Shown: positions 9,048 through 16,376 of the stretch, piece after piece
How positions within the stretch are numbered: the stretch's first letter is position 1
Layout: every line of letters begins with the position of its first letter
NCBI GenBank assembly: GCA_002499585.1
Contig: DAMH01000027.1
Location: 138,698-202,697 of the forward strand
DNA from: Euryarchaeota archaeon UBA552
GTDB lineage: Archaea > Thermoplasmatota > Poseidoniia > Poseidoniales > Thalassarchaeaceae
Length of the DNA stretch: 64,000 nt
Reading direction: 5' to 3'
The notes under the pieces: generated by a model
What the model was told of the DNA's origin: nothing
Databases searched by the model: none
Seen by the model: only the letters and a program-made list of their open reading frames with translations
Translations under genes and position numbers: made by a program

Positions 9048-9222
9048 ATCCAAGACAGAAACGGGTTTGATTTTAAGTTAGCGCAAAATAGAGGAGTTGA
9101 TTTTTGAAGGTGGGGGGCTCCTACAGACAATGTCAACAACTACAGATTACAATTTTGGATAAAATGTGACATTATTTCATCGATTTTGGATATATGCTCT
9201 CACTTTGCCTGGCGGTAAAACA

Positions 9223-9492
9223 TCATCCTAGCAACACATTGTCCTTGAATTCTGGATCCCATTCCGATATCCATACAGTTACCTCCTCGCCGTCCAAATC
9301 TACGCTTCCTACCCTGTGTATTCTCTCGCACCTGACCAGTGCCTTTTCCAACTCATACGGTTTTGTCTCGTGTCCGAACTCCTTGCGCATGTAAGTGATT
9401 ATATCTCTTGTATTGCAAGAAGACTTGTCTACTCTTCCCCGGATCAATGCAACTATTCTCCGGTACTCCCACCTCGAGTTCGTTCCCCTCAA
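9223..9492 (-). CDS. Small hypothetical protein (89 aa), possibly a winged-helix-like DNA binder
   Basis: The ORF is in the track. Its TTG start overlaps the TGA stop of the upstream zinc-ribbon ORF (TTGA). The basic N-terminal half reads RWEYRRIVALIRGRVDK. I recognise no motif with confidence. Confidence 0.5.
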   Translation of the reverse strand: MRGTNSRWEYRRIVALIRGRVDKSSCNTRDIITYMRKEFGHETKPYELEKALVRCERIHRVGSVDLDGEEVTVWISEWDPEFKDNVLLG

Positions 9493-9656
9493 CCTGATGC
9501 CTCCAAGAATGCACGGTGAGCTTCTTCGCTATCAAACTCAACAACCAATGCCGATATAGTGCCGCAGGCCTTACATTGATACTGTCTACCAGTTTCAAAA
9601 CCCATGTATGGATATACCTCAATGCTAAAGCATGATCCACAGGCACGTATTACCAT
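9489..9656 (-). CDS. Small zinc-ribbon protein (55 aa), below the ORF-track size cutoff
   Basis: My own translation of the minus strand gives MVIRACGSCFSIEVYPYMGFETGRQYQCKACGTISALVVEFDSEEAHRAFLEASG*. It contains two CxxC pairs (C6/C9 and C28/C31). The start is ATG at 9656, and the stop overlaps the start of the 89-aa ORF. Confidence 0.55.
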   Translation of the reverse strand: MVIRACGSCFSIEVYPYMGFETGRQYQCKACGTISALVVEFDSEEAHRAFLEASG

Positions 9657-9800
9657 AATATCCTCTCAATGGCATACTGAGATTAACCTTCGTTCACTGA
9701 TCTGACTCAGGAAGACCCTCGTGAGAACCGGTTTACTTTCACATTCACACATAGCCTCACAGTAATTATTTGATACCTTTTTGTCTTAAACCAAAAATCC

Positions 9801-10052
9801 ATGGGAAGGACAGTATCGACATGGAGGGATCGTATTGAACGTCGCATCGCCACATGGTCCGGATTCAGACGCACACTGAGGCTCAGTGACAGGATTAGTT
9901 TTGACCGACTATTGATGTCTATCAGAAGCAGGTCTTCGGCGTGTGGAATGGTTCCTGTGTCAGACGAATTTGAGCCTGCCCTGTTGGCAGCTTTGATTGA
10001 GTTGGATACAAGGTTGACCAAAGTCGAAAGGGAGCTTTCAGAGAATGGCTGA
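9801..10052 (+). CDS. Small Arg-rich hypothetical protein (83 aa) overlapping the PolB start
   Basis: The ORF has an ATG start and ends 8 nt inside the annotated PolB start (ATGGCTGA). The C-terminal half is predicted helical (EFEPALLAALIELDTRLTKVERELSE). I recognise no homology. Confidence 0.4.
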   Translation: MGRTVSTWRDRIERRIATWSGFRRTLRLSDRISFDRLLMSIRSRSSACGMVPVSDEFEPALLAALIELDTRLTKVERELSENG

Positions 10053-12432
10053 TGGATGGATAATGGATGTCTACCCTGACCACAGCTCTCATCAAATGGT
10101 TGTGTGGTTGAAAGAAGAAGATGGTTCTGTTAAGCGTCACTTATTCGATTGGTCTCCGACCATACATGTCTTCTCCGATAATGAGAAACTAAAACATCTG
10201 GAAGATGTACTTGCGGGGCCAGAATACAGATATTTGCATGGAGGGATCGTTACGAAAAGGGAGGAGCACAGGATTAGGCACGACTCACCTAACCACACAG
10301 AGGTCTTGGCCGTAACTGTAAGTAGATCGGGTTCTGTGATGAAGATGGCTGAATCTATAATGGAGATGGGTTCATGGCGAGATTTCGAGATTTTTTCAGT
10401 GGATTCGAGACCTGCACAGAGATTTCTACATGAGATGGGTGTAAGGCCGTTCAGTAAAGTTAGATTGCGCGGGGGCAGGATCGATTCATTGCTCTCCGAG
10501 GACGAGGATGGTAAGGGGATGCCTCCTCTGAAGAGGGCCTTTCTGAATGTTAATTGTACAGACTCTTTCGGCAAAAGGACGTCACTTGGCGATATTAAAT
10601 GGGTAGAGATCAGAGATATGGGGTTTGGAGATTCAGATCGAAAAAAAACTGTGCGTCTGAACATGGACGACAGTAAGAGCGAAATTGATTTCATATATGA
10701 AATAAAGAAAGAAATAAACCATTTGGACCCGGATGTGCTGATTACCGAAAAGGGAGACAGCATAGATTTTCCAGCACTTATGTCTCTAGCTTCCGATGGA
10801 AGAGTAAACCTTGAATTTGGTAGAAATGATGGTAAGGTTTTGAGAAGAAGGGGTATAATCACCAATTGGAGTTATGGACAATTACTGAGATCAGAGGCGT
10901 ACCACGCTATTGAAGGCAGAAGTCATGTCGACTTTGGCCACTCTTTCATCGCCAAGGAAGGAGGAATAGAAGGTCTTATCGAAGTTTCAAGGATGTCGGG
11001 GATACCTCTACAGGATCTTTCTAGGTTATCGCCAGGATCTGCGATTTCAGCAATACAGATTAAACAGTCTATGGAAGATGGAGTCTTGGTTCCGTGGAAG
11101 AAAAATCGGGCTGAAGACGTAAAAAATGGTATTGATCTAATGGTTGCAGACAGAGGGGGTTTGTATCTTGATCCGATACCAGGGGTTCACAGGGATGTTT
11201 TTGAGCTGGATTTTACCAGTTTATTCCCAAGCATCATAGCAACCAGGAACATAAGCCCTGAGACAATGAACTGTATTTGCTGCGACCCCTTGGAAGCAGT
11301 GACTGCCAGAGACATATTTCCGCTGGACCCCCGTGATGCAGAGGTTACAGCCGGTGAACGGTTGACTTTTGACAGGGAAAGGGGGTTGAAGATCCCAGAG
11401 ATTGGAGGGCATACCTGTGGAAGATTTCGTGGCTTCCTAGGTAGGGTCGTATCACCAATAATTGTCAGGAGGATGGAACTCAAGTCACTAGTCGAAAGGA
11501 AAGGTGACAGGTGGGACAGGAGGCAAAATGTGCTGAAATGGCTTCTAGTAACGTGTTTCGGGTATACAGGTTACAAGAATGCCAGGTTCGGACGAATAGA
11601 ATGCCATGAGGCCATATGTGCATGGTCAAGAGAAATTCTTCTCAGTGCTAAGGATCTTGCAGAACGGGAAGGTTGGACATGCTTGCATGCAATAGTCGAC
11701 TCCATGTGGTTGGTAGATGACTGGGGGAGAAGCAAACAAGCCCAGCAAGAGTCGATAAGTAATCTAATGCTGATGATAGAAAGCAAGAGCGGCATACCCA
11801 TAGAGATGGAAGACCTATACAATTGGATTGCCTTCATCCCGAGCAGAAACACCGGCACTCCATCTCTGACCAAGTACTTCGCACATGGGAGAAAAGGTTG
11901 GAAGATAAGGGGGATTGAAATTCGCCAACACTCTACCTGCAGATGGGTGAGTAAGATTCAGAAGGAGATCTTAGAGCATGTGAGATCGGACCCTCAAGAC
12001 AGGGTACTAAAAAACTCAATTCGCACATATTTGAGGAGTCTGAGTGAGATGAAGAGAGGAGTTGTCCCACTTTCTGAATTAATAGTATCAAGGAGAGTGA
12101 AGAAGACGATAAGAGAATACAAAGTAATCAATCTCACTGTCTCGGCGTTGATGAGAGGGGAGATGCTGGGCCAGGATAACCCTCCTGGAAGGAAGATTCA
12201 TTTTGTCGTGATGGACTCAAAAAAGGGAATACCTACTGAAAGAGTAAGGCTAAAGTCCGAGGTGATTTCTATTTCCAATCTGGAAGGAAAAACAAGGGGG
12301 GATGTGGTTTACTATGAGGCACTGGCCCGTCGTGCTACGCTTTCCATATTATCTCCATTTGGAATTTCTGAGGATTTGTTGTCGAATGGTGGCCGGGTGC
12401 AGACGAGGTTGGATGAATGGATGACGGGGTGA
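10045..12432 (+). CDS. polB: Family B DNA polymerase with degenerate catalytic motifs (PolB2-like)
   Basis: Motif A is intact (ELDFTSLFPSII). The motif B-like segment reads KWLLVTCFGYTGY, with the canonical NS replaced by TC. Motif C reads HAIVDSMW instead of Y-G-D-T-D-S. The KxY region is TKYFAHGRKGWKIRGIEIRQHS. At the Exo I position the sequence is FLNVNCT, not FDIET. An alternative start is ATG at 10063 (MDVYPD). Confidence 0.9.
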   Translation: MADGWIMDVYPDHSSHQMVVWLKEEDGSVKRHLFDWSPTIHVFSDNEKLKHLEDVLAGPEYRYLHGGIVTKREEHRIRHDSPNHTEVLAVTVSRSGSVMKMAESIMEMGSWRDFEIFSVDSRPAQRFLHEMGVRPFSKVRLRGGRIDSLLSEDEDGKGMPPLKRAFLNVNCTDSFGKRTSLGDIKWVEIRDMGFGDSDRKKTVRLNMDDSKSEIDFIYEIKKEINHLDPDVLITEKGDSIDFPALMSLASDGRVNLEFGRNDGKVLRRRGIITNWSYGQLLRSEAYHAIEGRSHVDFGHSFIAKEGGIEGLIEVSRMSGIPLQDLSRLSPGSAISAIQIKQSMEDGVLVPWKKNRAEDVKNGIDLMVADRGGLYLDPIPGVHRDVFELDFTSLFPSIIATRNISPETMNCICCDPLEAVTARDIFPLDPRDAEVTAGERLTFDRERGLKIPEIGGHTCGRFRGFLGRVVSPIIVRRMELKSLVERKGDRWDRRQNVLKWLLVTCFGYTGYKNARFGRIECHEAICAWSREILLSAKDLAEREGWTCLHAIVDSMWLVDDWGRSKQAQQESISNLMLMIESKSGIPIEMEDLYNWIAFIPSRNTGTPSLTKYFAHGRKGWKIRGIEIRQHSTCRWVSKIQKEILEHVRSDPQDRVLKNSIRTYLRSLSEMKRGVVPLSELIVSRRVKKTIREYKVINLTVSALMRGEMLGQDNPPGRKIHFVVMDSKKGIPTERVRLKSEVISISNLEGKTRGDVVYYEALARRATLSILSPFGISEDLLSNGGRVQTRLDEWMTG

Positions 12433-13106
12433 AAGTCATTCAGGGTAATGCAGTGCTGAAGATTTTGAATTGGGCTGCATGAGATCTCCAGGTTATGATG
12501 CGTAGCCACGACGTCTGTCCCGTTATATGAAAAAACAGACACCCTCTCATCGGCATATTTTCTCATTTTGTTAGAAAGGCCCCCATAAATTGCAGATTTT
12601 CCTCCTGAGGTCATCGTCATGAGTATCAAGATGTTTTTGCATCGCGATAACGCATTGATGAGACTGAGGCACTCTCCCAACATAGCTTGGCCTTCCGACC
12701 TCCTAACCTGCGTGTCTGCAAACATACGGATTAATTCAGTTATAAGCACCAACCGGATGTTACGATGGTTATCCATGGAATTCACATCATTCTGAGCTCT
12801 TCTGACTAGATCCAACATCTGGTGTGCAGTGAATGCTCTACATCCCTGTAGCAGACGGAGATCGTTTGAAGATCCGCTTTTCCTAGTCAAAATAGGGATT
12901 ATTTTAGATGGATCCAGTAACATACCCCCATCGATCCAGTGAACCGGCCTACCGGATGATATCTCGCTACAAACCATCTCCATGGCGATTGCATGTGCTT
13001 GGCCATTGCTGCCCTCAAGCAGCATGGTGTTTCCAGTCACGGGTGCGGGAAAGGTCTTCGAAAGCGCTTCCACGCCCCATGGGACGATCGCCGTATCCGA
13101 AATCAT
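12312..13106 (-). CDS. RecA/RadB/KaiC-fold protein with degenerate Walker A and B motifs
   Basis: The layout matches RecA-superfamily paralogs. The Walker A position reads 'TMLLEGSNGQAHAIAMEM' and has no GK[ST]. The Walker B position reads 'IRLVLITELIRMFAD', with T in place of the acidic residue. It is followed by 'LSLINALSRCKNILILMTMTSGG'. The 3' end overlaps the PolB 3' end by 121 nt in a convergent arrangement. Confidence 0.65.
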   Translation of the reverse strand: MISDTAIVPWGVEALSKTFPAPVTGNTMLLEGSNGQAHAIAMEMVCSEISSGRPVHWIDGGMLLDPSKIIPILTRKSGSSNDLRLLQGCRAFTAHQMLDLVRRAQNDVNSMDNHRNIRLVLITELIRMFADTQVRRSEGQAMLGECLSLINALSRCKNILILMTMTSGGKSAIYGGLSNKMRKYADERVSVFSYNGTDVVATHHNLEISCSPIQNLQHCITLNDFHPVIHSSNLVCTRPPFDNKSSEIPNGDNMESVARRASAS

Positions 13107-13134
13107 AGGAAGATCTTGTGAATCGGGGGTATGA

Positions 13135-14469
13135 TTATCTTTTCACATTTGATTGTATAATCTCCCTGTATAGACTACCGCTCGGCCTCATTATTCTGAC
13201 TTGATTGCTGCGGTCGACCTCGTAAAGTCCAAATTTCATTTGATAACCCTCGGCCCATTCGAAATTATCCATCAGCGTCCAATGATGATAAGATCTTATG
13301 TCATACCCTTGCCTAATAGCATCTGAGACTATCCAGAGATGCCTCGCAAGATGTTGGGGGCGTAGCGAATCGGATGCGTCGGCCACTCCGTTCTCAGTTA
13401 TTTCAATCGGAACGGAGTATGCCGCTGCATGTCTGATTGCTCTACTTAGGCCCTCTGCATATTGAGGGTAGCCAAACTCTGTCAATGTCTCATTTTCCCT
13501 TTTAGCGAACTTCAGCTCGCCAGCAGTGGGTATGAAAAGACCCGTTAGGAAATGAGTGTAGTAGTTTAGGCCGATGAAATCTAGTGAGTTTTTCAAATTG
13601 GGGATAGTCGCGCCCAGCATCCTACCCGTATGAATACCCCTCTGCCAACTGCCATTCCAAAGCCAGTCAAGGGCACGTGCTGCTGCCCAATCTATCGGGC
13701 TCCAACGACGAAGAGGGTCGAAATGGGTGATATTTTTTGCCATGCCAATGCGTACATCAGGATTCCTAGATTTAAGAGAATAATATACCTCTGCGTGGGC
13801 ATGCATTAAGTTCCTCATGACTGTAATTGTCTTGCCAATAGATCTTGACCCTGGAGGAAACTTACCAAGAGTGTAACCCATGGATGAGAAGACCACTGGT
13901 TCGTTTATTGTACACCAGACGTCCACACGATCAGAAAGGGTGTCGAAAACGCGCTCGCAATATAAACGGAAATCAAGTATGTTCTCTTTTTTAGAGAAAC
14001 CGCCCTTTTTTTCCCACCATTCAGGGTGAGAAAAATGGTGCAGTGTCACGACAGGTCGTATCTCCCGCCGAATCAAATCATCAATCATCTCTGAATAGAC
14101 TTGGAATGCCGCTGGATCCCATCTGCCCGGGCTGGGCTCCAATCGACTCCATTCTATCGAGAGTCGGTACGATGTCACGCCGAGCTCCGTGAGTAAATCA
14201 TAGTCCTCTCGCCATAGATTCCAGTGGTCACACGCAATCCCGCTCTTTTCAAGACCCTCGGACTCCTCGAATGACGACCAATTGTTACGAAGGTTGCCTT
14301 CAACTTGATGTGCAGCTGTCGCGACGCCCCACAAGAATTCAGGTGGAAAGGTAGTTGATTGGAGGTCTATCTCTGACCAGTCTAAATGTGGCTCAGGATA
14401 CCTTCGTCGGAGATAGAGAATGGTGAGCACCAACAAGACAGGAGTCACAATCAGCAGCGATCTCAACAT
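13135..14469 (-). CDS. Glycoside hydrolase family 1 beta-glucosidase/beta-galactosidase with an N-terminal membrane anchor
   Basis: The acid/base motif is TINEP, the nucleophile motif is ITENG, and 'VTLHHFSHPEWW' and 'WTLMDNFEWAEGY' are also present. The start is set at the internal ATG (MLRSLLIVTPVLLVL...). The track start at 14556 would overlap the upstream gene. Confidence 0.9.
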   Translation of the reverse strand: MLRSLLIVTPVLLVLTILYLRRRYPEPHLDWSEIDLQSTTFPPEFLWGVATAAHQVEGNLRNNWSSFEESEGLEKSGIACDHWNLWREDYDLLTELGVTSYRLSIEWSRLEPSPGRWDPAAFQVYSEMIDDLIRREIRPVVTLHHFSHPEWWEKKGGFSKKENILDFRLYCERVFDTLSDRVDVWCTINEPVVFSSMGYTLGKFPPGSRSIGKTITVMRNLMHAHAEVYYSLKSRNPDVRIGMAKNITHFDPLRRWSPIDWAAARALDWLWNGSWQRGIHTGRMLGATIPNLKNSLDFIGLNYYTHFLTGLFIPTAGELKFAKRENETLTEFGYPQYAEGLSRAIRHAAAYSVPIEITENGVADASDSLRPQHLARHLWIVSDAIRQGYDIRSYHHWTLMDNFEWAEGYQMKFGLYEVDRSNQVRIMRPSGSLYREIIQSNVKR

Positions 14470-14524
14470 AGACGTCCCATTTCTGAGAGTAAGAAGTATT
14501 TGATGAATGTCGTGGAGTAAGGGG

Positions 14525-14917
14525 CTAATGCCTCTCACTCGGTATCCAGCCCCCAATCCATAGAGCGGCTGTGATTAACGCAGCTTGTATTAGGCCTCTC
14601 AAGATGTGTCCACGAGTTGTGAGTGTCGTTCCTCCGATTTGTATATCATTAACCCACATATTCAGATTCGCCCAGTAAAGCAAAATCAACATGATGGCCA
14701 TCCCTATGGCTGCACTACTTCTAAAACGTGGAATGATAATCATCATCCCAAGCAGAACCTCAAATGCCCCGCTAGCGTAGACCCAAAATCTGGCGTGTCC
14801 CAAAATCTCAGGAACAATTGGCTCAAACCAATCAGGATCTATAAAATGCTTGATACCGATCCAAATGAATGGAATGCCGTAGATCGCTGCAATTGCATTT
14901 TCTAAGTTTTCATTCAT
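14525..14917 (-). CDS. DoxX-like small integral membrane protein
   Basis: The 130-aa ORF has four predicted TM helices and looks like a DoxX-family protein (IWIGIKHF...ASGAFEVLLGMMIIIPR...). Confidence 0.65.
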   Translation of the reverse strand: MNENLENAIAAIYGIPFIWIGIKHFIDPDWFEPIVPEILGHARFWVYASGAFEVLLGMMIIIPRFRSSAAIGMAIMLILLYWANLNMWVNDIQIGGTTLTTRGHILRGLIQAALITAALWIGGWIPSERH

Positions 14918-14998
14918 TTCATATTTCCTCGACGTTGTTTGGATCTAATCGTCAGTTTTTACTTAAGGTGTGCTTTCCTCAAGGTTGTTGTAAAACAA

Positions 14999-15075
14999 TG
15001 GTGGGCGATACAGGATTCGAACCCGTGTCACCGGCTTAGAAGGCCAGCATGATATCCAGACTACACCAATCGCCC
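14999..15075 (-). tRNA. tRNA-Arg (anticodon TCT), CCA encoded
   Basis: The minus strand reads GGGCGATTGGTGTAGTCTGGATATCATGCTGGCCTTCTAAGCCGGTGACACGGGTTCGAATCCTGTATCGCCCACCA. The 7-bp acceptor stem is GGGCGAT/ATCGCCC. The anticodon stem is CTGGC/GCCGG with loop CT-TCT-AA. The T-arm is ACGGG-TTCGAAT-CCTGT. Confidence 0.9.
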
Positions 15076-15256
15076 GACACACGATGGCGTCCTTCGTTTG
15101 AATCCATCTCTGCAAAGATGGAACAATATGCCTCTAAATCGAACTTAGGGGAAGGAGCGGAACTACCTTTGGTTAGCCTCATTTGTCATTTTTGTATTTG
15201 ATTTGTTCATGACAGGTTTGAGAGGGATTAAGGTTGATGCTTTGAGCCTAAAATCA

Positions 15257-16012
15257 TCATATTCCAGAGTGGACACGCATTCTTCTGTACCAAGGGCCGA
15301 CGACTGGATGGTCTGATACGATCTCAAAGCCGTGGAGTCCATCCATGGACCGAAGAATCCCGAAATTAGCGTAATCCGCTCCATTGGGTTCCTTTTCTCC
15401 AAAGTAGTCCCCTGTAATAGCCTTCGACATTTTATCCAATTGGAATTTTAAATTCTCTTCAGGGGGGAGTTCGAACATGTTCGCCCTTACTTTGCCTACA
15501 CGCCACATAATTACTGCTCCTAACCATTTATTGATTATTCTGGCTGGAAGTGAAAAGTTGTCGACCTTGGTAACGTAGTCCAAAGCCTGAACTGATGTTT
15601 TGTATGTCGTGTATATCACTGCAACAATAGATTTTCCTAGAACGGCATTCGAGAATTCCATCCACTTATCCTGATCGGGGTCTTCGCCCATCCTCGGGAA
15701 TGAATTCGAGTTTTTTTGATCAATATAATGCACTATGTAGTTTGAGTCGGTGACCTGTGTCCCGTCAGAATCAACGAAAACAGGGACTTTTCTCCAATCA
15801 GACCACTTTAATTGGGTTTTGAAAGTAGGGTCAACTTCGACTTTCGAGTATTCAATGCCCATGGACCCCAAGATGGCCTTAACTTTGAAACAAAATGGGC
15901 ACGTTTCAAAACAGTACATTGTTGGAAGGCCGCCAACTATCCTTTCCGGGGCCAATTCCTCCTGAACCCCTGATTTTGGAACGATATTATTGTGCTGCCG
16001 CATGTTTGTCAA
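15257..16012 (-). CDS. Glutaredoxin/GST-fold protein, prostaglandin-E-synthase-2-like (CPFC active site)
   Basis: The N-terminal thioredoxin-fold reads 'TMYCFETCPFCFKVKAILGSMGIEYSKVEVDP ... KVPVFVD'. It is followed by a GST-C-like helical domain. Confidence 0.7.
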   Translation of the reverse strand: MTNMRQHNNIVPKSGVQEELAPERIVGGLPTMYCFETCPFCFKVKAILGSMGIEYSKVEVDPTFKTQLKWSDWRKVPVFVDSDGTQVTDSNYIVHYIDQKNSNSFPRMGEDPDQDKWMEFSNAVLGKSIVAVIYTTYKTSVQALDYVTKVDNFSLPARIINKWLGAVIMWRVGKVRANMFELPPEENLKFQLDKMSKAITGDYFGEKEPNGADYANFGILRSMDGLHGFEIVSDHPVVGPWYRRMRVHSGI

Positions 16013-16122
16013 ATTGGGCCAGCATTTGTTAATCCATCGTGTGATATTTGTTTTTTATAATGTGAATAACTAGGTGGTTTATTTTACAATAGGTTATATT
16101 TTGTGTGGTTTGACAGCAAAGC

Positions 16123-16332
16123 ATGCAGACCGGTATTTGCGATGTTTGTGGAATTTTGACCGATGTCAGCTCTCATGTGAGAGGGATGGTATGCGATATC
16201 CCCCAAGATCACCAATCGGTCGACACAAGTAAAGTGAGAGTTTGCAGAGATTGCTACGACATGAAAGTCATCGAGACCCAGATTGAATACTGGAAGGACC
16301 ATATCTCAGAGGAACGAACGAGAAGTGTCTGA
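16123..16332 (+). CDS. Small Cys-containing (zinc-ribbon-like) hypothetical protein
   Basis: The 69-aa ORF has CDVC near the N-terminus and CRDC at 41-44. It is preceded by an AT-rich TATA-like tract (TTTTTTATAA at about 16052). No homology is recognised. Confidence 0.45.
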   Translation: MQTGICDVCGILTDVSSHVRGMVCDIPQDHQSVDTSKVRVCRDCYDMKVIETQIEYWKDHISEERTRSV

Positions 16333-16376
16333 CAATATCCGGCCATCACTCAATAGTCTGAACATTCCCTAAAATT

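Noticed and set aside
10137-10865. 242-aa minus-strand ORF inside the PolB gene
   Set aside because: It lies entirely antisense to a well-supported polymerase CDS. It is Ser/Leu/Pro-rich, has low complexity and carries no motif. This is typical of a shadow ORF.
14999-15075. Possibility that the tRNA genes (here and at 30425-30501) mark integration sites of mobile elements
   Set aside because: I saw no integrase, transposase or plasmid/virus-like gene in the window, and no duplicated tRNA 3' fragment.
15163-15402. 79-aa minus-strand ORF overlapping the 3' end of the GST-like gene, and an AUGAUGA C-box-like motif at the GST stop (about 15250-15256)
   Set aside because: The ORF is out of frame with the supported gene and has no motif. 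No matching D box (CUGA) or terminal stem follows the C-box-like heptamer, so a C/D sRNA is not supported.
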